Positions 24,793-36,610 are shown, numbered from the stretch's first letter. The stretch: 64,000 bases of DNA from Mobula birostris (GCF_030028105.1 NC_092375.1:44429130-44493129); one strand, 5' to 3'. Made by a program: numbers and translations. Notes: generated by a model from the sequence alone, not told the origin.

Positions 24793-25636
24793 TAACACAC
24801 ACAAGATGCTGGAGGAACTCAGCAGGCCAGGCAGCATCTATGGAAAAGAGTATGGTTGGGGTTTCGGGCTGAGACCCTTCATCAGGACTGGAGAAAAAAG
24901 ATGAGGGATAGAGTTAAAAATGGGGGGGGGGAGAAACACAAGGTGGTAGGTGAAACTGGGAGGGGGAGGGGTGATGTAAAGAGCTGGGAAGTTGATTGGT
25001 GAAGGAGACACAGGGCTGGATAAGGGGGAGTGCGAGAGCAGAGGACATGGGAGAAAGTTGGGGAGGTGGGCCGGCAAGGAAATATGGTTGGAGAGGGAAA
25101 AGGGGATGGGGAATGGCGAAAGAGAGGGGGAGCCATTATGGGAAGTTCAAAAAAACAATGTTCATGCCATCTGGTTGGAGGCTACCCAGACGGATTATAA
25201 GGTGTGGTTACTTCAACCTGAGTGTGGCCTCATCACGACAGTGAAGGAGGCCATGGAATGGGAATGGGAATTGGAATTAAAATGGGTAGCACTTTTTCTA
25301 ACGGACGGAGCGTAAGTGCTTGGCAAAAAGGTCTCCCAATCCATGTCAAGTCTCACTGATATACAAGAAACCATACCTGGAGCACCGGACACAGTATATG
25401 ACCCCAACAGATGAAGTGTCACCTCACCTGGAAGGACAGTTTAGAGCCCTGAAAGGTAGTGAGCGAGGAGCTACAAGCCAGGTCTAGCACTTGTCTAGCT
25501 CTTTTCCATAGAAGTCTCATCCCAAAATGTCGACTGTACTCTTTTCCATAGATGCTGCCTGGCCTGCTGAGTTCCTTCAGCATTTTGTGTGTGTTGATTG
25601 GATTTCAAGCATCTGCAGATCTTCTCTTGTTTGTGA
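24793..25636 (-). mobile_element. Non-autonomous Penelope-like (Neptune-type) element with inverted termini and a 12-bp TSD
   Basis: AAGAATTACAAT at 24781-24792 and 25637-25648. Inverted arms: acacacacaagatgctggaggaactcagcaggccaggcagcatctatggaaaagagta and tactcttttccatagatgctgcctggcctgctgagttccttcagcattttgtgtgtgt. Minus-strand GIY-YIG fragments (ATHFNSNSHSHS). Confidence 0.85.
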
Positions 25637-26046
25637 AAGAATTACAATGACTTTTTTTTTTCTTTAAAAGGGACTTGTGCACCATTAGTTAAGTCTAAAG
25701 TTATTGGCCATCCTTAAATTCCCCTGGTAAGATGGAGATGAGCTGACCATGTTTTGAATGCCGTCCCATTGTGTTGCAGAGTATGAATTTCCAGGAGCTA
25801 CTATGAAGACCTTTAATTTATTTTCACATCTGGGTAACGCGCAACTGGGAGGGAGAGCTGGAAATGTGAGATACGGGGAATGGGACTGGCAGGCAGTTCT
25901 ATCTTCATGTTCCTTCTGCACCTACTCTAATTAGTTTTTACCATAAGCTAGCTGAACCACACAACTTTCATTTAAAATTTTCTAATAAGAAGCATTGCTT
26001 CTGTAAACGGTAATTATCCAAACTGAGAGAAATGACTTCACAGTAC

Positions 26047-26457
26047 CTGGCTGTTGTACAATGACAGTTGTCAATCCAGATTGATCTTCTCCCAGTTTAT
26101 ACCACCTATCGTTAGGATCAAGCAGCCACTCTTCCACATTACAGTAGTAGCTACCAGTGTCGGAAATAGTTGCTTTCTGAAGTATCAAACTGTACAAATC
26201 ATTGGTAGATTTTTCAAACTGTAGCCTATCCTTCAATCTTGTACTGTTATCCATTGAATTAGCATATTCAAAAACAGTATTCCGACTCAGTCTGAAAATA
26301 GGATAGCTATCTGTCTCTGGGGTTTTCTGGGTAAACCAGGCCACGGAGAGTTGGGAATCCAATTTGGTACGATTGCTAATTTTGCAATTCAGTTGAATCT
26401 GACCATCCTCTGGTACAGATATACTCCTTTCAGTCTTGACTGTTTGTAAATTGTTTT
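26047..26457 (-). CDS. IGSF3: IGSF3 exon, Ig V-type domain 7
   Basis: Acceptor tatccacag|AA at 26457, donor CCAG|gtactg at 26047; 411 nt, phase 1-1. ENNLQTVKTERSISVPEDGQIQLNCKISNRTKLDSQLSVAWF...DTGSYYCNVEEWLLDPNDRWYKLGEDQSG. Confidence 0.93.
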
Positions 26458-26559
26458 CTGTGGATACACAAGATTTTAATTTAATTAATAAGAAATCTGA
26501 TTGTTTAAATTTTTACCATTCATTGTGATGTGCAAAACATGCTGGGCTGGTTACATGGA

Positions 26560-27510
26560 ACATTCCAAATGCTGTATTTAAGTTTGCTGGCCGAATAAAA
26601 GGTGGTGATGAATCAGCATATAGGAGGGAGATTAAACATCTGGTTGACTAGTGCTACACCAACCTCTCACTCAACATCAACAGAACCAAACAGCTGATTA
26701 TCGACTAAGACAGGAAGAAGCTGGAGGTCCGTGAGCCAGTCCTCATCGGAGGATCAGAGGTGGGGAGGGTGAGCAACTTTAAATTTCTTGGTGTTATTAT
26801 TTCAGAGGACCTGTCCTGGGCCCAGCAGGTAAGTGCCATTACAAACAAAGCACAGCAGTGTATCTTCTTTCTTAGAAGTTTGAGTAGATTCAACATGACA
26901 TCTACAATTTTAACAAGTTCTAAGTGTGGTGGAGAGTATATTGACTGGTTGCACCATGGCCTGGTACAGAAACACTGGTGCCCTTGAATGGAAACTTTAT
27001 ACAAAGAAGTAGTGTATATGACCCAGTCATTCACAGGTAAAGCACTCCCCGCCTTTGAGCACATCTGCACGGAGTACTGTCGCAGGAAAGCAGCATCCAT
27101 CTTCAGGGACCCATACTAGCCTGGCCATGCTCTCGTCCAATTACTGCCATCAGGAAGGAGAACAAAAGTTTCAGGACACACACCACCAGGTTCAGGAACA
27201 GTTATTACTCCTCAACCATCAGGCTCCTGAACCAGAGGGAATAACTTCACTTGCCCCATATCACAACTGTTCCCAAAACCCGTGGACTAGTTTCAAGGAC
27301 TTTTTAATCTCATGTTCTTGATATTTATTTCCTATTATTTTTTTTTTCTTTTATACTTGCAGAGTCTGCTGTTTACACATTGGATGTTCGTCCGTCCTGC
27401 TGTGAGCAGTCTTTCATTGACTCTTTTGTGTTTCTTGGATTTACCCTGATTGCCCACAAGAAAATGTATCTCAGGTTTGTATAGATGACATTTTTACTCG
27501 CACTTTGAAC
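26560..27510 (+). mobile_element. Rex1/Babar-clade LINE 3' portion, degraded
   Basis: FKFLGVIISEDLSW...AQQCIFFLRSL (ORF 26760-26987) and the tail aagaaaatgtatctcagg...ctttgaac. Homologous to 51455-52364. Confidence 0.8.
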
Positions 27511-28975
27511 TACAAGTCCTCAGGCTTTATTTAGGCTTGGGTTGGCGTGGCTGGTATAGGTTCAGATCCAAGCCAACTTTGAGTTATAACTAGGGCTAAT
27601 AAAATGCCAGAGGGAGGCGGATTCAACGTACTCAGCGCGATAATCCAAAGCAAGTGGATTTGGGTTCTTGGTACAGGTGGAAACAGTTACAAACTTAATG
27701 ATTCTCTGCAAGCTATTGCAGAGCTGGCACTGAGGCTGTCAGCAGATGGAAACAGCTGGGAAGATTTGCTCCCTTTTCATAATCTTCACCATCTGCAGCA
27801 CTAAGACTGCATGCAATAATTTTTTTTTACAGTTGGTCTTGATTTGATGATCACGGGGAGGAAGGACTGAAGAAATGTATGAAAGATAACAGTGCATTTA
27901 CCCTGGAGCTGAATCATTCAGCTGTCTAGTCAGCAAAATGCCCAAAAAAATCAAAGCTGCTAAAGGCTGGCCCTTCCCCTCATAGCTTATGATCATAAAA
28001 TTGAAAGCGAATACCAGAGTCTAACGAACAATTTGTAGAATACTACACATCCATTAATGCTGCAAATGACTCCCAAATCATCAGGAAATGATAATAAATT
28101 GGACTTAAATTGTAATTAGGTAGATTAGTGTAATGGCTTCTGCCAGGAAAGAAGATCTGTAAAATCTTTCCACTCTTCAGTTTAAAAATGGAAAAACTAA
28201 CATTTTTAGAATACACAGACCACCATACACCAGAGAGTAAGACGAGAGCAGAGCAGCCTCTATTGGCTTTTTAAGATGAGCATAACCACAAGAAGCTGAT
28301 TGTGTAGTGTTGTTCAGCTCAGTGGTATCTGACTGAAATGGAACTTTTCCAGACTGAAATGTGACGTTGATGACAGTCGTTCTGCATAACTGCTTTTTGG
28401 GAGCAGGTTGCACAGCTGATGTGATTTCTGTGTCAGATGCACTCCAAATGACATCCATTGTTCCCCAGGCAACGTTGCAACTGGAAAGGTTTAACCATGC
28501 GGTGCTGGGCTGGAACCCCATTACCTTAAGTCTCATTATTTATTGGGATCCTTCACACCTGGTACCAACTTGCACGCTCAGAGTTCTCACTATGCCTGCA
28601 ATGCCCATCCCCTTTCACCCCTGTCATCTGGGGCACACCTTTTACCCCCCAAGTACTCCTGGTCTGAATATTCCGAACTAGATGCTTTGTGTTTGGCCCA
28701 AGTTAACTGGTCATTGGTGTATTGTGCAAATATCACACCTTTAAAGGTGTAAATTTTAGGTTATTGCTCTTTAAAGTTGAATCTCATTTTTTGCTCAATG
28801 GGTTGAGAATAGCCCTTTGCCATTGCAGTTATCAAGGGAAATGTGCGAGGACCACCTTGAAGTGGCTTGTGATCAGATTTAATCACTTAAGTCTTTCTCC
28901 ACAGAATTAAACCCAAGCATTCATGGTTCTGAATTGTGTTGAATACATGAAAGAAAGAAATATGGAATTCAGTAC

Positions 28976-29383
28976 CTGGTCGCTTGACTGTGACAGAGGT
29001 CACTCCTGATGTGTTCTCTCCGACTTTATACCAGATGTTATTGGGGTTCAGCAGCCACTCCTCCACATGACAATAGTATTTGCCACTATCAGCTGTATCA
29101 GTCTTGAATAAGACCAAAGTATAATGGCCACGTGAGGGTTTTGCAGCTTGCATTCTCTCTTTCCTCTCGTGACTTCCCAGCTCATTCCCATATTCAAACA
29201 CACAGTCACGATTTGATTTCATAATAAGTTTGCTCTCTTTCTCCTGTGATTTCTTGACATACCATTGCACAGAGAATTGAGAGTCTGGACTTGTTTGATT
29301 AGTGATGACACAGCTTAAGTGGATGTTGTCATTTTCAACTACCACAAGATTTCGGTTTAGTTGGTTAACTTTTAATTTCCCAT
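28976..29383 (-). CDS. IGSF3: IGSF3 exon, Ig V-type domain 6
   Basis: Acceptor cctcacag|AT at 29383, donor CCAG|gtactg at 28976; 408 nt, phase 1-1. DGKLKVNQLNRNLVVVENDNIHLSC...FSVQWY...DSGKYYCHVEEWLLNPNNIWYKVGENTSG matches recalled human Ig6 (YYCHVEEWLLSPNYAWYKLAE). Confidence 0.93.
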
Positions 29384-30364
29384 CTGTGAGGACAAACAAA
29401 GAGCTGGTCATAGGCAAAACAAAGACGAACACATGTTATTAGTAATTTGCTCATTTTTCTCTCTGGCTCTCTAAGCACTATAACAGTTTCTGCAGCAGGA
29501 TGAAATACTTTTCCACAAACTGAACTGAGACAATTTGCTATTAGCAAGATACTAATCTTCCCTCTATTTCATTTTCACTCTTCACCCACTGAGCTCCAGA
29601 ACTTCAGCAAGTACTCAACATCAAATAAAACTCTTCACCACACATTGATTTGGATCTTCAGATAGCATGGAGAATCAAATTCAAAGCCATGGTACCTCAA
29701 GAACTGTTCTGCATATTCTTCTTCCCCAGCCAATTAAATAATTGCACAACAGACTTTACCTTTGGAGAATTCAGGTTTATTCAGACACAAGATGGACAGT
29801 TTAGAAATTATACTGAACTTTAACCTGATTTTATCCAGCTAGCACAGAAGATGGAAGGAAACATGGCTGATAAACAGAAAACATTTCCCCCATTCCTGCT
29901 TTTAACATTCCCTGGAGTAATTCAGTACTGACAGTGTCTCTGCTTTGCAATATTCATTGAGGTCATCAGTGTGATGTACAACAGGTTTCATATCCAAAAC
30001 ACTGCTGTGTAGTTGCTGTGTTTGCATCTTTATTGTGCAAATGTGCACCAAATTAATAATTAATCAACGTACTCACACATTAACATGCCAAATGTAATGT
30101 TACTCCTGCTGGCAATTTAGAAGTAACTCGTAGATTGCGGGTTCTCAGATTGCATGATAGCAAGTAGCCCTGTGATAAAATTGGTTTCTAGGAACAAATT
30201 ACTGTGTGGAATAGATGCTTAGCAAGTATAGTGTGAGTAGTTCGATACAATAGTTGGTTCCCAGTGACCAACTAATACTATTTTCAAGGGACTAGCATTG
30301 GAAAATTCAGTACCATATGAAGGCCAAGGTAAGATGCTACCAAACAGGGTTTAGACAAAAGAAC

Positions 30365-30563
30365 GTAAACACGAGGAAGCCTGCAGATGCTGGAAATTCA
30401 AGCAACACACACAAAAAAATGCTGGTGAATGCAGCAGGCCAGGCAACATCTATAGGAAGAGGTACAGTCGACATTTCGGGCCAAGACCCTTTGTCAACAA
30501 GGGACCCTCTTCCTATAGATGCTGCCTGGCCTGCTGCACTCACCAGCATTTTTTGTGTGTGTT
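30365..30563. mobile_element. 199-bp hairpin derivative of the Penelope-like terminal repeat, 15-16 bp TSD
   Basis: GTTTAGACAAAAGAAC at 30349-30364 and 30564-30579. Arms: caacacacacaaaaaaatgctggtgaatgcagcaggccaggcaacatctataggaagagg and cctcttcctatagatgctgcctggcctgctgcactcaccagcattttttgtgtgtgttg. Confidence 0.88.
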
Positions 30564-30744
30564 GTTTAGACAAAAGAACATGCCACAATGACAGAGCACA
30601 CAAAGGAAATCATGTCAGTCTGGAGCAGGGCACAGCCTCGTACCTGAGGTAAGTGGGGGAATAGGGTTGGCGCGGTCGGGGGGGGGGCATGAGTAAACAG
30701 ACTCAAGAACAGGGGACCTGATGGATTTGTAGCAGGGAACTCAG

Positions 30745-32925
30745 GGTTGAAGGTAGCAGGGGAGGCATGTGATATAACAAGCCAAAGTCAGCATGGATTC
30801 CCTAAAAGGAAATCTTGCCTGAAAAATCTGTTGGAATTCTTGAGAAATAACAGACAGGAACGTCAGAGGAGAGTCACTGGATGTTGTTTACTTGGATTTC
30901 CAGAAAGACTTTGGAACGGTGCCACACATGAGGCTACTAAACAAGCTAAAAGCCCATGGTATTACAGGAAATATATTAGCATGGACAGCAGATTGGCTGC
31001 CTGTCAGGAGGCAAACAGTGGCAATAATGGGGGCCTTTCCTGGTCAGCTGTCGTTGATTAGTAGTGTTCTGCAGGGTTAGTGCTGATTTCGCCACTTTTC
31101 ACTTTATAGGTTAATGACCTGGATGATGGAAAAAAGATACAAGACAGGTGGAGGGGCAGAAAATCTTGAGGAAATGGAGTCTGCTTGAATAGATTAGGAG
31201 AATGAGCAAAGAAGTGGCAGATGGACTACAGCGCAAGTTAGGGTACGTCCACACTACGCCGGATAATTTTGAAAACGCCGGTTTCGAGTAAAAATGACAG
31301 GCGTCCACACTAAGCGTTTTTCAAAATATCTCCGTCCACATTAGGCGGATGTTTGAGCAAATCTCCTCCTACTGGGCATGCGCAGGACACACAGAAAACA
31401 AGCGAAGCGAAAACGATATACTTCGTGTGCATTTGTCCAGTTACAGAGTAGAAAAACTTAAAAGGAATTGCTCTTGGCTCTCGCACCGGAGGACTTAAAA
31501 CTTAAAAAAAACAAATACTGGAGCGTATGGAGGCAACCGACAGGGAGTTCACTGACAGTATGACCCAGCTGACGACGAACTGAAAAACTAACTCTATTAC
31601 ATTAATAAAGCCCCTTGTTAAATATATAAAGCATCTGCATCAGCGTTATCTTGTATTTCCATACAATGTTACATTAGGCTGTTACACATCTATTGTCAGA
31701 GAAGTACTTGCATAAATAGGTAAACCACCTTCATACAAGCAAGGACAGGAAACAGGGCGAAGTGAGTACACTTATTTATTCAGTAAACTATGGGTCAACT
31801 GGCTTCAGTCTCGCCCGTCTGTTCTGAAATTGTTAGGTGGTGGCGTTCAAGAAAACAACGAACATCTGTTCCAGCATGTCATGACAGCGTTTTTAAAGTC
31901 AAAAAAACTCACTTTACGATTTAACTCTCACGCCGTCACACCGACTGCGCGTTATAACAGCTTGCGCAGTACCAAGCAGAAGCAGAAAAAAGCATTGTTG
32001 TTGTGTTGTTGTCATGACAGCGTTTTAAAATCTCTCCGGTTACCCCGTACACACTTCGCCGGATATTAAGCGTTTTCAGATTTATTCACTCTGGAGAGTG
32101 TTTTCGAAAATCTCCGTTTTCGGGGGCTGAAAACGCCGGCTCAGTGTGGACGGGAGGGCAAAACGAAGAGAAAAAGCTTTGCTTTCAAAATTATCCGGTG
32201 TAATGTGGACGTACCCTTAGTGTACGGTCATGCGCTTTGATGGAATTTGGAGGTGCAAAGGGACTTGGGAGTCCTCGTGCAGGAATCCCTGAAGGTTAAC
32301 TTGCAGGTTGAGTCAATACTAAAGAAGGCAAATGCAATGTTAGTATTCATTTCCAGGGGACTAGAATTTTAAAAAAAGATGTAATGCTGAATCTTTACGA
32401 GGCATTTGTCACACCACAGTTGGAGTGTTGTGAGCAGATTTTGGCTCCATATCTAAGAAATGAGATGGTTTACAACAATGACCCTGGGGTGAAAGGGTTA
32501 ATGCATGGGGAGCATTTGATGACTCAGGGCCTGTACATGCTGGACTTTAAAGGAATGAGGGGATCTCATTCAAACCTACCAAACATTGAAAGGCCTTGAT
32601 AGAATTGTCATGGGAAGGCTGTTTCCAAAATTAGAAGAGTCTAGGACCAAAAGGACATGCTCAGAATAAAACGGCATCCCTTTAGAACAGAGATGAGGAG
32701 GAATTTCTTCAGCTGGAGGGTGGAGAATCTGTGGAATTCATTGCCACAATTGGGTGTGGAGGCCAAGTCACTGGGTGCATTAAAAGTAGAGGTTGATAGG
32801 TTCTTGATTAGTAAGGCATCAAAGGTTACAGGGAGAAGGCAGTAGAATGAGGTTGAGAGGGAAAAGAATTAGCCATGATGGAATAGTAGAGCAGACTCGA
32901 TGGGCTGAATGGCTCTTGGATACTT
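30745..32925 (+). mobile_element. Degraded CR1 LINE (about 30745-31240 and 32217-32925) split by a Harbinger MITE
   Basis: QSQHGFPKRKSCLKNLLEF and DF..TVPHMRLLNKLKAHGI lie to the left of the MITE; RNFFSWRVENLWNSLP and the tail agcagactcgatgggctgaatggc lie to the right. Confidence 0.85.
31241..32216. mobile_element. PIF/Harbinger-type MITE, 976 bp, TTA TSD
   Basis: TIRs GGGTACGTCCACACTACGCCGGATAATTTTGAAA and, as reverse complement, GGGTACGTCCACATTACACCGGATAATTTTGAAA. TTA at 31238-31240 and 32217-32219; no coding capacity. A 3-bp TWA TSD is characteristic of PIF/Harbinger. Confidence 0.88.
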
Positions 32926-32942
32926 GGTGGATCTATATGCAG

Positions 32943-33002
32943 CATGAGTTCCCAACCTGGGGTCCACAGACACCTTGCATAAAACAAAGTTGGGAACCTA
33001 TG
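32943..33002. mobile_element. Tiny hAT-like MITE remnant
   Basis: 14-bp imperfect TIRs catgagttcccaac and gttgggaacctatg; no clean TSD. Confidence 0.4.
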
Positions 33003-35559
33003 ATCTATGGCATCATCCTGCCCTACCTGGACTCTGGCACCTGAGGTACACACTTGGCAGCATGGGTGCCTTGTGGAAAATTGTAAATGAAATATATTTA
33101 TTAAATGATCACCCTATCACTAACCACTCCCCCACCCTTAGTTGGGTTGTCGGGAGGGTCATAGAGGTAAGCTCTGGCAATTGCTCCAGTCATGGGGTTT
33201 GTAGATGTCCACATCCTCAGAACCTTGGGACATTCTTGGCAGGAACTGATTGTTTAAGGGAGAATAAACAAAATAACCAGAAATAGCTGCTCCAAGCATA
33301 GCATGTACTTAAAGTGGATGCTTATCTGACATTTTTTTTAAGAACTTTGCATTACAGAGATGTCCACTTTACGTTATCCACTTTAAACCAGCTGAGTGCT
33401 AACTACATTCCACACTGTTGGACAACACATTGCATACGCTGGCAATTAAAGCAAGAAGCCTGAAACTGCACAGATGACAGTTCCCAGACAAATGGAGTTA
33501 GAGAGCTCTATGTGGCACTTCTGGGCTTTGGAGCAACATGGTGCATCTGCAGTATACATTGATTAATAGACCTGAGTGGCTCAGGCATGCATTAATGGAT
33601 GACGTGTTACGGAACTACTCCGATGTTTATGTGTTCGTCTAGCAAAGGCTTTCTATCATACTCTGAAATCATTCTGAAATGAGGATCAAATATTTCAAAA
33701 TTTTAAAAAAACCTTAAACCCTCTCATGATGACACTGACTGCTCACAATTCCTACCAGTGCATTATTATGGTCATCTAGAATATAGCCCTCTAGGTTTCA
33801 GGCCAATTTAGCACACATTCTCTACATATAAAGTTTAATTTTATGGCTCATTTCATAAACAAGTCTAGTAATCCACAAGGGTTAATAAATTTAGATAAAT
33901 GAACAAGTTACTGATGCTGGCTGGAAAGAACAAAGTGGAGAGGACAAAAAGAAGGAAAATGAGAAAACAAAAGCAGTGTTTCTGTATTTTGATTGCTGTA
34001 TGTGAAAACACTGCAGGGTATATAAAGAAAGGGAGAACAATAGATCTGTTATTTTAAAAAAAATATTTCGGAGTTACAGAACAATGCTGCACATAAATGA
34101 CACAAACTACAAATAGTAACAAAGATATAGTCATACAGAATGACACTGGTACAAAAGGATGAAGATAGAAAGGCTCAGACAGTCACTGGTGAAAACACAA
34201 ACAAAATACATATATGATCATAAACTGAGTTAAACTGTATGCATGGAAATATACTTAGTTTGTGCAGTCTTCCTTTTTCTACAACCACATATATTCTTGT
34301 TAGCTTCCATTTATTTACTATTACGTTTTGTTTGAATAAAATGCATTGCATTCAGCATTTCACTGGATTGTTGCTTTTAGTGATTTTCCTTATCACAATT
34401 ATGGGTCAATTTTGTGAATTAAATGCATGAGATTATGAATGAGCAATGTTGATTGAGGAAACTTCAACAATAATTTCTCAATGCATAGAATCTAGTAAAT
34501 CCCTGCAAGTTCCTAAATTATTGAAACAAAATATAAAAGGATTAATAATCTTTGTGGTACATTTATTAATAGGAAATATGTATTCCTAATTATAACTCCC
34601 TGTTGCTTTGTGAAAATGCAGTAGATTAAATAGGAGATGAAAGAGTTTTTTTTTTAATTTAAGGGGATAACCTGACTTAGGGAAAACATCAGATTCAGTT
34701 GTTGAAATTCAGCAATAGTGAATGCTGCTGGCATTATTTCAATAACAAAGCAAAAGCTGGATCATTATTTTATTATGATCAGTTTTATTTTTTGTGGGCA
34801 ATTATCAAAAATGATGTATGCTCTCCCGGACAATGATTTAGGGTGAGAAGGTGCGCTGTTGTTGAGAAACTGAACATGCATTCTGAGGAAAATGGCTCCA
34901 TTTTACAAAAGCTTTGATGTGTAAATTCTCGACTGCACATCTGCAATTAGTGATTGAGCACTTGACTCCAACGATCATTGGTTGCCTTAGCCAGTAAGTG
35001 GGTGGATATTATGCAATTTCCCAGAGCTTCTTAAAACTGTGTTAATGAAGGTGTTGAGAGGTTTGCTGTTTTATTATGAAAGACAACATAATTTGCATAA
35101 TCACTTCACCCAGAAGCTAAATCAAGCCCCCTGCTTCATTAGTGCTCACAAATGCAGAAAATTATTACCCAAAGTACAGCTTATTTTGAGACTGGACGTC
35201 TTTCTTCTATTCTGGTTTAATAAAGGCCTGGAAACAACCCAAACTTACGAGGAAAGGATTATTGTTGATTTTTTGGTGGTTGCTACAATTTGTAACAGCC
35301 CAACATGCAGCAATCTAATAATGAGGTAATTTACGTATTCAAAATCTAATTATTCTGAATAATTACATCACTTCATGATAGATTGTTAGATTGGTTTTAT
35401 TGCCAAATTTCCATTCACACTTGCACCGATTTCTGTTTTTTTTAATACTAGATGACAACCCAGAAATGAACTCGCCAAGGCCTCCTGCTACGGTCCAGCT
35501 TGTAGAAAAAAAATAGAGGTTTATGGGCTGTGTAGGAGGAAAGGATTAAAATTAATCGT

Positions 35560-36141
35560 AAACATGAGGAATTCTGCAGATGCTGGAAATTCAAGCAACA
35601 CACATCAAAGTTGCTGGTGAACGCAGCAGGCCAGGCAGCATCTCTAGGAAGAGGTACAGTCGATGTTTCAGGCCGAGACAACTCAGGTTGGAGGAACAAC
35701 ACCTTATATTTCGTCTGGGTAGCCTCCAACCTGATGGCAAGAATATTGACTTCTCTAACTTCCACTAATGCCCCACCTCCCCCTCGTATCCCATCCGTTA
35801 TTTATATACACACATTCTTTCTCTCACTCTCCTTTTTCTCCCTCTGTCCCTCTGACTATACCCCTTGCCCATCCTCTGGGTTTCCCCCCTCCCCCTTTTT
35901 CCTTCTCCCTGGGCCTCCTATCCCATGATCCTCTCATATCCCTTTTGCCAATCACCCGTCCAGCTCTTGGCTCCATGCCTCCCCCTCCTGTCTTCTCCTA
36001 TCATTTTGGATCTCCCCCTCCCCTTCCACTTTCAAATCTCTTACTAGCTCTTCCTTCAGTTAGTCCTGACGAAGGGTCCCGGCCTGAAACGTCGACTGTA
36101 CCTCTTCCTAGAGATGCTGCCTGACCTGCTGCATTCACCAG
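35560..36141 (+). mobile_element. 582-bp Penelope-like element (short inverted arm, GIY-YIG C-terminus, pLTR), 10-bp TSD
   Basis: AATTAATCGT at 35550-35559 and 36142-36151. LRLEEQHLIFRLGSLQPDGKNIDFSNFH (ORF 35580-35768). Inserted in a CR1 3' tail. Confidence 0.88.
36061..36098 (+). ncRNA. Minimal type I hammerhead ribozyme in the PLE terminal repeat
   Basis: TAGTC-CTGACGA-AGG(GTCCCGG)CCT-GAAAC-GTC-GACTG: stem I TAGTC/GACTG, CUGANGA box, stem II AGG/CCT, GAAA box and GUC triplet. Predicted cleavage after C36093. Confidence 0.8.
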
Positions 36142-36610
36142 AATTAATCGTGTTGTCAGCACAACATTGTGGGCTAGAGTTCCCCTATTTTGCGGTACTG
36201 TTCTATGTTCTACATTTTACAGCAACAGGCATTTGCTGTAGTTGGGCAACTGTTGGAGTTGGCTTTAAGCTGACCCTTGTCTCTTTAATAACAATGATAT
36301 TCTTCTGCCAATTTTACAGATAATGTCATAACCAGACATCCCACCTCTCCCTGAAGTTCCGGGAGTCTCCCGCATATCGATAGTAGCTCCCTGACGCCCG
36401 GAAATTATATACAATATCCCGGAAATAGATATTTTTTGAGAGGGAAAGCGTGCATCCTGATTGGTCTCTCTTCATGCTCAGATTGGTCCCCAACCACTGG
36501 GCCACGAGGAAACAATATGATTTGGCGATATGAAACAATATGAGTCAGCTGCACTTTTCCTCATTCCCTGTCACGCACTGTTGAATTTTAACGCACGCGA
36601 GGTCATCAGT

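Noticed and set aside
27907-27923. Perfect 8-bp inverted repeat AGCTGAAT-C-ATTCAGCT
   Set aside because: A palindrome this short is expected by chance in 64 kb.
35660-35680. Hammerhead in the left arm of the 35560 element
   Set aside because: Truncated at the inversion junction; the CUGANGA box is absent.
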